DNA of 56,149 nt, counting the filler, from Basidiobolus ranarum (lineage: Eukaryota), in assembly GCA_040143965.1 (NCBI GenBank). It is 4 parts of 4 records of this genome, joined end to end, with 100 filler letters (N's around TTAATTAATTAA, not from the genome) between each part and the next. Parts side by side here need not be neighbours in the genome. Positions count along the whole stretch, not along the records: positions 42,204 to 56,149 come from JASJQH010000451.1; 3 more parts are not named here. One strand, given 5' to 3'. Shown one piece after another: positions 42,204 through 56,149 of the stretch (the stretch's first letter is position 1; the number at the start of each line of letters is the position of its first letter). Below the pieces are notes generated by a model. The model ran no database searches and had not been told where the DNA came from. It worked only from the letters and a program-made list of their open reading frames with translations. The translations under genes and the position numbers were made by a program.

Positions 42204-42625
42204 ACCCAAGATGAAGAAGAAGGTGTTGATCAAAAGAGCATTACGACGGCCAAATCTTTCTTGAGCATAACCAGCACACATACTGCCAATTGTACCACCG
42301 AGAGCACCACTACCGACGGCGAAACCCCATAGCCAAGAGCCCATATTAAAGCAGTAAGGGAAAGTGCCGCTCAATTTTTCATTTGATTGGTCACAGTTAC
42401 GAATAGAATCAGCAGCTAGAAAGAGCGATATAGTCAGCAAAGGCTTGATATTATGGAGAAAGTTGGATCCAACTTACTGATATTGGTGGAAGATGTATTA
42501 AAACCACTGCAGAACATCACAATACTAGCAATCATTACACAGAATACGGTGTATGAAGGGTAGCTGACGTTGCGAGAGTCATGTGGACTCGCAACCTGAG
42601 TAGAGTCGTGTTTTGTCTCACCCAT
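42204..42625 (-). CDS. MFS sugar porter (GLUT-like), N-terminal part; truncated at the gap
   Basis: TM1 with FCSGFNTS; WGFAVG...GGTIGS...ERFGRR motif; one GT-AG intron. Confidence 0.85.
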
Positions 42626-44004
42626 TTGTAGATGCGAAGAGTAAGCGTTGGAATAGTGTTTATTGTTCAGACTTTGGAATTTTAGTCTTTATAAGCAAAA
42701 GGTTGGAGAGAATCATTTATCGTTGAATCCAGGCGCCCCATTAGTATACTACCCAAAGTGGGATCTTTGTGACGGTGGTTGTAAGCCTTTTCATCATAAG
42801 CAATGGTCCAAATTGACCCAATTTTCTCTTACTCCATCTTTCTAACCCCTGCGTACATGGAATGAGTGCAAATCATTAATTATTCATGCAATGCAACATG
42901 CATGCTATTTCAGCCAACTGTGTCAGAGGTGAACAAACACAACATTCTAATAGTTAGCACTAGCCACACTGCCAGAGTGCCACTCAAATCCGCAAATCAA
43001 ACTGATTCTTCAAAGTGATTTGGGATGAATCTATACTTTGTTGGAAAATTAATTTCCTATATTCTGGAACCTATCATGTCTAGATCAATCAACCCCACTT
43101 TGCTGGAACCAGTGATGGAATTCGTTGTTTTTTTCAAGACAATAGCGCGATATTTACCTAAATCAAGCGATTGTTTCGTACTCATGTTACCGAGTACTTG
43201 AGTGACCAGGGACGTGTTGCATCCACAAACCATTACGTTCACTTGAGTTGGAGAGTAACCACTAAGTAACGATAACAATAAACTTCAATACGATATACCT
43301 CTTCACTGACAGCCATTCCAACTGATAAATGCCTCTTTTACAAATTCAATGTTATCAGGCTAGCTTTTCAGGTACTCCAACATTAAGCCCTTTAAGCTAA
43401 AGTGTCATAACACACGAATGTTTCAAGCGTATTGATAGTGACTGGCAAAAGATATCGATGGTGCCAAGTTGAAGACACATATGGACTTATTGAATCTTGA
43501 TTGTTGATGTTAATCTCATATCAAGCCACTAAAAAATTAATCGATCTCCGATATATCGATTATGAGTTCATGGAAAGATCGATGATACTCGTCATATACA
43601 CCGCTATAAGATGCAGTTTGTATTGAGTTCACTCACATTAATACAATTTTTTTATGTTCGACATTCATAAACTATGTGCAATACAACTTAGACACACTAA
43701 GCTACACCATCGAGAGCTCTTTATAACGATGACTACCTTTGTGATACTTCCTTATAATTGAAATATCTCTCACTTTAGCATGTTGAATTCACATTGGAAT
43801 TAACCCTAACCCTCACTCACAAACCTGTGCATATTTCCCCTAAGCCATTGCCTAGGTGTATTCCCCATTGTATCAGCATATTTAATTCGCAAGTTTAGTT
43901 TGATCTAGTAACTGATTTCAAGTTATAGCAGATATTGTCCCTGCTCCCGATCTTAAACCTGACACAATAGAAATACCTTTAGGCTATGACATAGGTACCA
44001 GCTA

Positions 44005-44113
44005 TGTGTAAAGTATTTGGGAGCCTGTTGGAAGTGGTTTGGGGGATTAGAGAGATTGGTGGTTTTCACTTACTGATTTATTGAGCTGAAAATTGATATT
44101 TATACTTTTGTCT
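44005..44113 (-). mobile_element. Family A LTR fragment
   Basis: AAAGTATTTGGGAGCCTGTTGGAAGTGGTTT, shared with the other copies. Confidence 0.8.
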
Positions 44114-44478
44114 TAGGGCCCCCTATATGGTGCAATATGCCAAGTGTCTATGACTCCATTATTCAAAGCATATTATGAAGAGTGTTGTATTCTACAATGT
44201 CAGTGAGTATTACTCATGATGCATAATGAAGTCACACAATAGATCAACCCCTTTTGCTATCCCACTCTGTGTAAAAAGCTACTTCCTATATCTCATCTCA
44301 GTTTGCTGACATCCTTCAAACAAATCATGACCTAGTTCAACAGTGAAGTATTGATGGCTTACATATATTTCCCAACATTTAATGCATAAAATTAAAAATT
44401 TCAATGGCATTCACACTTAACAGTGCATAGTATATCTTACTCACTTGAATTTTGCAACCATTGCTCTATTTATAAATG

Positions 44479-44590
44479 TATTGGAGGATCTTGACATAAT
44501 AGGGGTAGATTTGTTTATCAGAGGCAACTTATGATAGTGTTCTTGGTTACTTAATTCTTAAGAGAATATGGTGACTAATATTGTTGATAT
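44479..44590. mobile_element. Family B LTR-like copy (3' extent unknown)
   Basis: TATTGGAGGATCTTGACATAATAGGGGTAGA matches 13877. Confidence 0.7.
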
Positions 44591-46604
44591 GTAAATCAAT
44601 TGTTTGAGATATTCAAGAGTAGTGTAACAGAATGTAGTAGATATTTGAGGTTAATAAGACATACTTGTTATATAGATATAGAGATATTCCAATTGAGAAT
44701 ATAGGGGCTATAGATATATTGCTTTCTGTTTCTAATATATGTATCATAACTAAAGTTAGCCAAGATGTTTAATAAAGATTAATTATCCAACATTATGAAC
44801 TCTTCAGGTATGACTTCCTGATAAGAATCTCTTGGATTCACAATAATAATATTTCCTAACATTATTTCCACAATTCTCATGTTCTTACAACTCAATCCTT
44901 TATCACAAGTACTTAGCTCTAATACATTCAATATGCAATGATGTTATACAGAGCTAGCTTCTGAGCTCTTTGCTCTATGTAAATTTGTTGCATTTTCTCT
45001 GTCAAGTTATTAGAGTTAAGTAACTAAATATTTCTACATCTTGTTTAGCATATCTAATATTTCATCAGTCAAAGTTGTCTCATATTGTTCATATGTATAG
45101 GCAAATTCCAGAAAAGTCTCAAAAAAGTTGATATCTTTCAGATTTGTCCAAACCTCTCCAAACTTGAACTCCAACTTTCCAAACACCCTAGAATCACATT
45201 CATGATGCTACCTTTCTTCATTTTCAATTCAATAAACAACAAGCATAATCACATTTCTTTGCATTCTTCTATATATTTACAATCCATCCTAAATAATCAC
45301 AATGTTCCTAAAAGCACTGTGCTTAGCTCAGTTGGGGGTTAAATCCAAATCTCTTTACATCATCAATATGTTAATATTAGTATATCACATTGCTAGGCTG
45401 AAAGCTGCAAATAATTCTAATCGTGAGGTCCATCATACTTGGCTACATTAAAGTAATTTCTGATTCTATTTGGACTTCTAATACTCAGGGTATATATGTT
45501 GGTTTCCAATTTGTATGAGAAGATATTAGTGACTAAGAGAATCTTATCCCATGAGTGACTGCCTGAAGTTGAGCTGTGTGTAAGTTGTTGGCTTTTATTC
45601 CTCTCAGTACATCACTTGTCCACTGTCACAGCCTGTTTACAAGTATTAGTTACATATATTAGGACTTCAGAATTTGTGTGCCTTTCTTGACTCATGAGCA
45701 TTAGATTCTGAACAAACAAGCCAGTTGATATGGATTGCATTGGTTATGCAACATTATGTATTGAAGTTCAATGTCAGTAAATGAAGTGTACAAGCTATCC
45801 AAAACACTGCCAAACACATTCTAAAATTGCAAAATCTTTTGTTAAATTCAAGATTGAATCAGCCTTTACTCACATATATAATTAACACTAAAACCTTTCA
45901 CTTGAAGACTTCATCAATTAAATAGCTATATGTGCAATGGTTTTTGTCAGTTTTTTCTGTCACTTGTTGTTAGCAATAGCAAAGTATCATACATGAATGG
46001 CTAGCTACCAATGTTGGCTCCATTTTACTAAGTTTCCATGGATAGATACTTGAGCGAGCTCTCCTTTTCCAAAACAGCCATCTTGTGGTGGAACTCAACC
46101 CTTGAATTTCCGATGTTAGAGAACCTGCAAATTCACATTAACTCGACTGCCAGTGTAAGAAATCACAATAATCATTCCAATCATAGATAGAGCATAGTAA
46201 TGACTGGCATTATTATACAACTCTTTTTGCAATAACAGAGAATAGTGTTAACAGTATTCAGAGTGTACAGTCTCGATTTTATTCAGATTTAATGAATGGT
46301 ATATTGTAATCACACCTAATTCAATTTGAAAGAGTGTAGGCGTCTGCTCAAACATTGCAACAAATCGAAGTTGAGTTAGTTACTACTATCTGCTCCAAAA
46401 AACCAGTCAGAGTCGATCGCTATCTCGGATATATAAATGCAGAGAATCATTCCAGTGTAACTACGATTGTTTACTTAGGTGCTTATGTTTTTACATCTAT
46501 TAATCAAGGAATCTAAAATCTGTTCATGACGTGAAGATATTGATATTGAGGCAGCAACTTCCATCACTCCACTCCGGCTGGTTGTTCTGCCCTGTTGCTT
46601 CCGA

Positions 46605-49600
46605 ATGTCTAAATATACTCAAAAAGTGAACCAGCAATATAGTTGTTCGTCGGAAAATCTCCCAAAATGGGGTAGATCAGTTGGGCAGCTTGGAGGCTCT
46701 TCTACCCTGAAATATGATGCTTCGACTTGGCAAGAATGGTCGGCCAAGTGCAATTCAGAAGAAATTGCTCCAGATGAAGTCATATCAAGCATCCTTAGAG
46801 GAAAAATTGATACTCCATTGGAGAATACAATTGATAATACATATTTTTCTTCAACTGACTTCAACGGTAATATTGGAAGCAAAGTAGAATCTAACATTAA
46901 GAAAATATTCTCACAATTATCTCAAAATTCATCGGAAATAGCAGATAAAAACATATCACTGCTTGAGACAGATGTCGGAAGAATACTGTGTATTTCCAAT
47001 ATTAGAGGTATGGACCAAGGATTGAGTCGCTTCATAGTCAATTTGCATGAATATATAATATTGATAAGGTATATTATTCCAAACTTTTTTTAACAACACT
47101 CCATTATACATCTTCTCTATAGGTGACTTTTGTCTTCTCAATAAACTTGCAGAACGCCATCAAGTTGTCGCAATCTTACATTGTGGAGAATTTGGTTTTT
47201 ATGGTAACTCTATATATTCGCTGAGTATCTTGAACACTTGTAATAACCCTCTCTTATACTTAGATACTGAAAGTTGTACTCGGATTTCGGAAAGGTAAGA
47301 CGACCATGAGTTAGTAGTATTAACTGTTGACGTACTCTTGACCGGTCAATAACGCATAAAATGAAAAGTTCTTTGAGAAGAGTAATTTCATCAAGCTCTT
47401 TGCTTCTGGAAGAGGAAAAAGAAAGACTGAAAAATCTACCTATCGAAATCCTCCGAAAGCAGCCAGTTTGCGAAGAACTCTCCCAGTTGTCACACATATT
47501 ATCTGGCTCCATGAAATTCAATATACCTATCTACACCGTATGTGGTGTTGATGAGGATCCTGTGGTTTTAGACATGCTAAACTCGATGAAAATCCCGATT
47601 CCCCAATTGCATATTTTACACTCCGAAAATAGTGAGGTAATTAGACTAGGCGGCGTTAAACTACGCTTGCTAGGGATATCGGGCGGCTACTTGGCTGAGC
47701 AACTCTTTGCTCTTGAAAGCGGTATGTGGTTTGTGACTCTGTAGGGTAAATTTGAGTACATGTTGACACTCTTATGCAGATCAATCTAATGGCATTTATG
47801 TCAACCTTGTTCGTATGGGCCAACTTGTCCAAGCGGCCTACGAGGTAATGGAAGCTACAATGTCTCTCTCCTAGTTGATCTTTCTTACCAATCAATCATT
47901 CAGGTCTATGACCCATGCGAAGTCCGAATTTTCATGACTAAAACTGGTCCAGCCAAACAGCAGATAATTGCACAGCTAGCGCACACACTTCATGTAAGCA
48001 AATCTCATCAACAACTCCTTTTCAAATCCTCTCTCACGTCTTTACCAGGCAGATTTTGTAGTCTGCTCGGAAGAGAAGGCACAGTATTGTTTAAGCTACA
48101 CGGAATCATCAAACCTGTCAGATCCTCAAATCTATCGTCAAAAATTGACAGATGCACGCTCAAGCGTTTTAGAAACGTGGGCCCAGATCAGAGATGAAAT
48201 TGAATACATGTACAGGTAATACGACCTCTTCATTACGGTTTACTTGAGAACTAACTCCGACTTCAAACTAGTCCACAGCAACTCCAATGGATCAAGCATG
48301 GCCTAAAGGTACTGAATAGTTTGCCTGCATTGGAGAATCTACTAGAAAGTTTTCGAATATTTGGAATTCCTGAGCCGTCCAGGGGTTCTCTAATCCTGGA
48401 CCTCTCGGGTGGCTTCATTGCCGCTGAAACGAAGTCTACTGGTAAAGTTGAATCTCATGGTCAATATCTAGCCTCCATTGACTTAATTTCTCTATTAGGC
48501 ATCGATTTTGGATATCGTTTAAAGAACGCTTTGAATCTCCAACCAAGGGACGATTCGTACTTGGAGAACATGACTTCGGAAAACGAAGTTGAGGAAGGTA
48601 AATGCATTCGAAATTTAACAAGAATTTATTCCTGAATATTCTGAAAAATTCAAATTATTGCAGAACTCGATGTCTCGGAGTCAAGCAGAAATAACGAACC
48701 TGAAGATACCATTGAGGAAAGCTCGCCACTCGACCAGTCTACCTCTTCTCAGGGACTTGATGTTAGCGTAACCGATCCTGGCACTAACACCAATGAACAT
48801 CTGGAATACTTGCAAGATTGGGATGATCCGGAATACAAGACTGAATCTGCAGAGAGCTACGATGAGCCAGTATTTAATGAATCTACAATTAACCGGGACG
48901 AGCCAGTATCTGAGAATGTAGTTCATGGAAGCTACGACGAACCCGTATTTGAGAATACAGCCCAAGAAAACTACGACGAGCCCGTATCTGAAAATGTAAT
49001 TCGAGCGTGGAATACGCCGACAGTCATCAAATCTACAATCAACTGGGATGAACCAGGTCCAGAAGATGTAATCGAAGTGGGATGGGGAGATTCAGCATAT
49101 GAAGAGCCCTCAACCGACTGGGATGATCAATTTGTAAAAAGTAGGATAAATACGCATATAGTCAATTGGAATGACGATATATATGACGGGGAGGTTGATA
49201 GCAACTATGTCAATTCACTCAATCGTAGCGATCTTTCCTCGACAATCAATACTTCACATAACACAACTCATACAAGCATGGGGGAAGACCAAAACTCAAC
49301 AAAGACACCACTGACAGACACCCATACATTATGGGTTGGTGGATTTAGTAACATTCTGTTCACTGAAGAAGATGTGAAGGATGCCTTTGGGAAGCTACGC
49401 GATTTGGTCAGTGCGGTGAAGTTGGTTTATGATCGTTACACTGGACAGCAGAGAAACTTTTGCTTTGTCGATTTCAAGGATGCGTACAGTATGAGACGCG
49501 CTCTAGGGAAAAATGGATGTGAATGGAATAATGCCATTTTGAAAATTAGCAGAGCTGAGAACCGTGAGCAAGGCTATAAGCGCACACGGGCCCCTGTCCA

Positions 49601-49703
49601 ACTCGCCCAACACGATAAAGAAAACTATTATCAAGGTCAATATCCCTCAAAGTCTATTTTTGGAGGACGAAGAAAACCCAAAAACCGCAGCTATTATGAT
49701 TGA
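46605..49703 (+). CDS. Degenerate metallophosphoesterase/DUF2433-like domain, acidic repeats and C-terminal RRM; multi-exon, start uncertain
   Basis: Spliced RILCISNIRGD...LHCGEFGFY, IPIYTVCGVDEDP, GGVKLRLLGISG, VYDPCEVRIF. RRM with LWVGGF and RNFCFVDF. Confidence 0.68.
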
Positions 49704-50767
49704 TGTATCAATTCAACATACTTCAATTCCTACCCTTGACTCGTATTTCATTGCATATTAGTGAGGTACTTTTGATTTACTTCACTGCTCTGGTATTATC
49801 TGTCACTCTCACATCTCACTGAGAATCTTCGAATCACTATTAATTCAGAGTATTTGGTTCCTGGACTATATTTATGTCAACTTTTGTTTATCAAATGCAT
49901 CCACTAGAGAGACGTAAAAGTTCAATCTAAACTCAGCTTAATCCATACGGCTGTTTATCATACTCTTCAATTCGTTGAAATCCAGAACTCACGTTTCAAC
50001 TAGTTAATTTCGAGATTTTATTTCAATGAAATGGATGAGTCCATGCTGTAAACTCCATTTCAAACAAGGGCACCCCCATACTTCATTAAATTACTATCAC
50101 ACTCTATATTAACTCAGAATGTACAAAAAATGATGTTTGTTTGTACAGACAGAATTTTTCCAAACCTAAAGTGACCATGCAAAGCTTTGGGTAGAGCTAA
50201 AAACAATGACTAATTGATCTCAAAAGACACAGAAGCCTGTTCCTGGCTCCTAGGCCAACAGTCTGGAGGATCCTACGTAACTGGTGATACAAATTGTCCT
50301 CATGTGACAAGCACATTCCTGGGATCGAAATAGAAGTATTATCTCACGGGTATTGCTGCTGTGTGCTTTCTTCACATATAACACAAAATCGTCAACTATT
50401 AATTGCCACTGTGCGTGGATTCAGTACAACCAAGCTTGGTTACATACATAGCGTGCTGTGAGAGCAAATCAGTCTCTTCAATTTCATTGGCTGACCCTAG
50501 CCATGTCATTCGCCTTTTTATCTAGTAGTTGCTCATAATGTGATTGATATGGAAAGCCTCATTAAAACGTGACGAAGTTACGCAATCGAAAATGCTGATT
50601 GGCCTTATGCACATTCTAGGAAAACGCCATCTACTTAAATTCATGACAAGCATCTCTGTTGTCTATAACCTTAAAAGTGCCTCCCGAAGTCTACTATTGC
50701 AGCTCTAATTGCTTGTAAATACTATTCTGCTTTGAACTAACAAGTTACGCCTGAATATTCGATAAGT

Positions 50768-52718
50768 ATGACTGCTACAAATACCACTGAACGTTTGGCC
50801 AAGCTTAGAGCGCTTTTGGCTAAGAAAGAATACAATCTTCAAGCTTACATAATTCCCAGCGAAGACGCTCACCAAAGTGAATATACCGCCGACTGTGACA
50901 ATCGTAGACCATATATTTCTGGTTTTACTGGCTCTGCCGGTTGCGCTGTTGTCTCTACTGATGCTGCTGCTCTCTTTACTGACGGACGTTACTTCCTCCA
51001 GGCTTCTAAGCAACTTGACGACAATTGGACCCTTATGAAGCAAGGGCTCCCTGACGTCCCCACCTGGCAAGAATACGTTGTTAAAAACCTTCCTGCCGGC
51101 TCTCGAGTTGGAATCGACCCTAAACTTATCACTGCTCCTGAAGCTAGAAAACTTCGTGAAGACTTGCAAGACGTTAACTCTTCTTTAATCACGATTCATG
51201 ATAATTTAATTGACCAAGTGTGGGAAGACCAACCTAAATTTCCTTCGAACAAAATCTTTGTTCATCCAATCAAGTACGCTGGTCGTTCCATTGAAGATAA
51301 AATTCAACAATTAAGAAAAGACTATGCCAAGCATAACGCTTATGGTTTTGTTGTCTCTGCTCTGGACGAAATTGCTTGGTTGTTCAACTTGCGTGGTAAT
51401 GATATTCAATGCAACCCTGTCTTCTTCTCTTACGCCTTGGTCACTGACAACGATGCGACCTTATATATTAACGAGGAAAAGCTCGACGATGAGGTTGGTG
51501 ATGTGTTATATGCATATCATTATTAAACGAAAACGCTAATGATTTGTGTTCTTAGGTTAAGAAGTACTTAGGTGCGAATATCAAGATCCAACCCTACGAT
51601 GCTATCTGGAAGGACCTGAAGCAATCCTCCATCCAAGCTGCATCGGAGAAAAAGGTGAATTAGTTCTTCCCTTCTTTTTTCTACGATCGCTTACTAACCT
51701 GCAATTTAATTAGAAACTCCTCCTATCTAACAAGGCCAGCTTTGCTTTATATGAAACCATCGGTACCGAAAACGTACATGAGCTTCGCTCGCCCATAAGT
51801 GATGCTAAGGGTATTAAAAATGAAACCGAACTTGAGGGTATGAGACAATGTCATCTTCGAGATTCAGCAGCGTTGATAAGCTATTTCGCTTGGTTGGAGG
51901 ATGAATTGATTAACAAAGGCAACACAAAGATTAGTGAGGTTGATGGTGCTGATAAGCTTGAAAAATTCAGAAGAGAACAAGCAGACTTCTTTGACCTTAG
52001 CTTTGATACCATCTCCTCCGCTGGCCCCAATGGTGCAATTATTCACTATAAACCCGAAAAAGAAACCTGCTCCATTATTGACAAAAATCAGATATATCTG
52101 TGTGATTCTGGAGCTCAATATTACGATGGTACTACTGATGTAACTCGTACACTTCACTTTACTAATCCCACCGATTACGAGCGGGAATGTTATACTAGAG
52201 TCCTGAAAGGGCACATCGCTCTTGACGCTCTCGTATTTCCTCAAGGAACCACTGGTTATCAAATTGACGCTTTTGCTAGAAGCCATTTATGGAAAGCTGG
52301 ACTTGACTTCCGCCATGGCACTGGACATGGAGTTGGTTCCTTCTTGAACGTTCACGAGGGACCCCATGGAATTGCTATTCGCCCTAGTGCCAATGAAGTT
52401 GGCTTTTCCAAAGGCATGACAGTTACCAATGAACCTGGCTATTATGAAGATGGGAAGTTTGGTATCCGTATAGAAAACATTCTGTTGGTTCGTGAGGAAA
52501 ATACTTCGTACAACTTTGGTAATCGCGGTTATCTCGGCTTTGAACATATCACTTTAGTCCCTATAATGAAGAATTTGATACAAACATCCTTACTTAACTC
52601 AGAGGAATTGAAGTGGGTTAATGATTATCATGCACTTACTCGTGAAAAGATCTCACCTCTTCTCAAGAATAATGAACTAGCTTACAACTGGCTCATCCGT
52701 GAGACTACTCCATTGTAA
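50768..52718 (+). CDS. Xaa-Pro aminopeptidase (M24B, XPNPEP1/Fra1-like). Exons 50768-51493, 51556-51654, 51714-52718
   Basis: [62 protein letters not shown]. Confidence 0.95.
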
Positions 52719-53211
52719 ATGCTTCTCCAATCCAATCCTCTTCACATTTCTCTAATAAACGCCAATCTAAATGTATGTTATGATGAAGTATCGGTCCAAC
52801 TACCTTGCCCTTAGAACTACTTTACGTTCATTCGGTTATCGAAGTCAGCAATGTGAGACGATTCTCACAAAGCTCCATATATGGTTTTCTTTAATATTTG
52901 AATAGATACTCTATATCAAGTGTAATATCTGAAAATATGGAATGGATCAACGAATGGACATTACCTCCGTAAAGGGTCAGGTTATTTGTTTATCAGTATG
53001 ATCATTACACACTTCAACGTATGATACATAATATGTTGAAACTTAAATTAATGTGGATGATTTCGATTGATATTATAGATGGAAATTTCACATAAAGCTC
53101 AGGACAAAAAAAACCGATTATATCACGTGATATGTGAATTTCGAAACCTTTATGACGATGTAAGACATCCCATCCATTTCTCTTCCTCTCATTTCTTTGA
53201 AACTGCGTAAC

Positions 53212-53632
53212 ATGGCCGTCACCCAAAAATCAGGAATCGTCCTTGGCGCTAACCGCGGTCATATCACCACCCGTCGTGAGTTGAAGGTCAAGCCATCCCA
53301 CAAAAAGGGGGTAAGTCATTAGATAGATAGATGTATTGATGGATGGATTGATTCTATATCCATGAATGGATTATACGTTTGAAGGCCATTTGCTTACTAG
53401 ACACTTTTCTCATCTTAAGGTTGCTTCAAACCGCGTCAAGTTCGTTCGCGAAATTGTCCGTGAGGTTGCCGGCTTCGCTCCCTATGAACGTCGTATTATG
53501 GAATTATTGAAAAACTCCAAGGACAAGCGTGCCCGTAAGCTTGCTAAGAAGAGACTTGGTACATTCATTCGTGCCAAGGCCAAGGTTGAGGAGATGTCAA
53601 ATGTCATCGCTGAATCTCGTCGTGCTCATTAA
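53212..53632 (+). CDS. RPL36: 60S ribosomal protein L36 (eL36). Exons 53212-53310 and 53420-53632
   Basis: [10 protein letters not shown]...[40 protein letters not shown]. Confidence 0.97.
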
Positions 53633-54954
53633 ATTGTCGTTTTTTAATTTTTCCCTTCTAAACACTTTCGTAGATTAGAATTTCAAAATAAATATTTTTG
53701 AACATCAAACCCCATCGTTACTTGTTCATTATCATCCGAGAGTTCTTAACGACCAGTGGTTGATATCGGATTAGAAGAGGTACATTATCTGAATATGCTT
53801 GAAGAAACACTCTTTTGGTGGAAGAGATTTTTACTGCTAAACAGATGGATCAAACCCATCCATCAAAATTATCAATAGCTATTTCAATTAATTCTCTGAT
53901 TCAAAACACACTGCAAGTTCAACTAGAATCCTTATCATCCAAATCCGCTGGAAGAATTGATGGCTAAGATTTAGACTAGCTTTCGGATATTGTAGCACAA
54001 TGGATGATTATGTTGAGCCACTAAGATACGGATATGTTTGACTAGTTATTTTGGTTCAAAATGCTTGTTTTAGTGCAATTTTGTTCGAATATTAAGTTTA
54101 TTCGCTCATACAAATATATATTTTTATGATTGATTGATTGATCTCTGACAGTGCTGCTGTAGCAATAAACTGCAACAACGCGATTGTCCAGTCAACTCCC
54201 ATTAACCAATTGATTCTTACCGCCGAACTATTATAAATACCAACTTGATTTTAGACTTAGCTCTCATCCACTTATGGTATCTAACACCAATTACCAAGAA
54301 CGTTAATTTACGTCAATTAGATCTTGGACCAAGAATGAGGTCATTAGGATCTTCATTGATTGGACTAACTATGACCAATTTTCGAGAAGGCTTAGTTTGG
54401 ATGACACATACTTTTGGCATTGAAACCATCTCAATGTTACACAAGATTATTATACCAATACTACGGATTATCGTTATCGATTAAGTAGGATGAGTAAAAA
54501 TGTCCGACAACCCCTGGCTTGATGGAGCAAGTCTTTAATGCCTCCTTTTTGGGAGTGCATTAATAGAATGCTCTTTTCCATGGTAGTAATAGATTATCCC
54601 CAAATCAGAGGTCTCCATTATCACACTCTGGGGTGCTAGAGGATCTCGTTCTTAGAGGATCTTCAGTGCACTCTATTTACACTCTATTTACTTTTCAGGA
54701 GTGACTACGGATGTCGATTAGTCATTCTGCGTTATTCGGATGGGGATAAAAATCTGTTCCTCGATAAGAATTACTAGTAATCATTAGTAATAATTCCTAC
54801 GATTACTAACAGTTATCGAGTTCAATTAGCAATTTTGTAGGAGAATGACCTATAATGATACTATATATGTAATTACTGAAATGATTGTTGACTATTAACA
54901 GCTACTCCCCTTTCTTGGTGATACAGAAGATAACCTCATTGAAAAGATATAAAA

Positions 54955-56100
54955 ATGCATCAAGGTAGTTCATTTGGACAAATGCTCATCAACAAGATAT
55001 CAATGTCTAGAAAGTCACAATTCAATATCGTCCTTGATAGGGACACATTCTTCAAAGGCTCCGAGGGTAGTGGTGATCACATTCTATCGGGTTCACTGGT
55101 ATTCACACCAAGCTCCTCCATTAAAATAAACAAGATCAGCCTTCGATTTGAAGGAAAATATGATGTTTCAACCGTAGCAGGTATGTCCAAAAATTCGTTA
55201 AAATAGGGGATCATTCAAGCCCATGTACTCAATATACTTTATGTGCATTTAGAGATTCGCAAAAGTGAAACAATCATCTTTTGTAAAGATTGGTCTTTCC
55301 TCAGTGGAAACCAGAGTAAACTATTCAAAGGTGGACAAACCAGTACTTACAACTTCACACTTGCCCTCCCAAGAGACTTACCAGAGAGTACGAAGACCGA
55401 TTTTGGATCTATTCAATATAAATTCAAGGCAGTTGTTTCTACCTCGCTGATACACTTCAATCTAAAGTCAGAGAAGCTTGTCTTTATTCAACGATACCTC
55501 GACTCCTTGTTAACTCCTCGTCACATCACCACTCTGTCACACGGATGGAGAGACATGTTATCCTGCTCTTTCTCCATTCCAAGTCTTCTATTCACACCTG
55601 GTGACGAATTACCTTTGCGACTTCAATACCATATCACAGATGATTCAAAGTCTGCTAGAATTTTACTCGTGGCGTGCTTATTAAAGCAACGAATTGTCTA
55701 CAAATCTCCAAAGAATCCAAATCTGATCATTAGAGACGCTGAGAAAAAGTTAGACATGACTTTCGTGTGGTTCAAGGAGGAATATATGAATGGAGAGAAG
55801 ATGATGACCATCAAGATCCCATCCTCACTTAAAGTATATGATACTAGCAATCAATATATCGAGGTAACTCACCGCCTTCAGATACGAATTGATATTGGTT
55901 ATAGGGGAAAGCTGGATAGTACTTATTGTGAGTTCCCTATACTGATCGCATCTCAAAGGCAAGATATATCCGAAGAGCTTCCTTGCTACCATACCATCAC
56001 GCCTCCACCATCTTACGAGGCTTTCCTGGAAAGTAATACTTATTCTTCAGTGGAGATTCCAACTTTTCCTCCGCACTATAATTCCATTATAAGCGTTTAA
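54955..56100 (+). CDS. Alpha-arrestin (ART-like); intron 55181-55252; the start could instead be at 55003
   Basis: Arrestin_N (LSGSLVF, YNFTLALPRDLPES...GSIQYKFKA), IEVTHRL, C-terminal PY motifs LPCY, PPSY, PPHY. Confidence 0.88.
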
Positions 56101-56149
56101 TAGTTTAAGCCAAGATCAACGTGCTTTGCGCTGAAACTCCGCTAGTATA

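Noticed and set aside
45430..45545. Possible gypsy integrase C-terminal remnant on the minus strand (YKLE...NYFNVAK)
   Set aside because: The similarity is too short and weak to support without a search.
50592..50708. Upstream ORF resembling a mitochondrial presequence for the aminopeptidase
   Set aside because: It stops before the main ORF, and I found no convincing splice that joins them in frame.

Overview
AT-rich, intron-containing eukaryotic genomic DNA. Gene content and short GT-AG introns point to an early-diverging fungus (Zoopagomycota/Mucoromycota-like; inference). Three artificial 100-bp N/TTAATTAATTAA spacers join separate contigs. Genes, in order: tandem ABCG half-transporter array (one partial copy, one deleted pseudogene, one complete copy), RPL17, a triple-HMG-box factor, a Nup98-like paralog, MCM6, a stand-alone Asn-synthetase-like protein with a Zn ribbon, a predicted GPI-anchored periplasmic-binding-fold (CBA1/BtuF-like) protein, an Hsp70 tail, two atypical tRNA-Pro(CGG), a frameshifted Gly/Asn-rich secreted gene, a CE4 deacetylase, an AA11-like LPMO, NCL1/TRM4, a bHLH factor, an MFS sugar transporter, a DUF2433-like/RRM protein, Xaa-Pro aminopeptidase, RPL36 and an alpha-arrestin. 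Nested Ty1/copia LTR remnants lie between genes. The most interesting leads are the divergent CBA1-like/Asn-synthetase-like gene pair, a conserved intronic hairpin in the ABCG genes, the Nup98 paralog lacking HFS and Nup96, and the G18-less tRNAs. I found no demonstrably new system; these are hypotheses.
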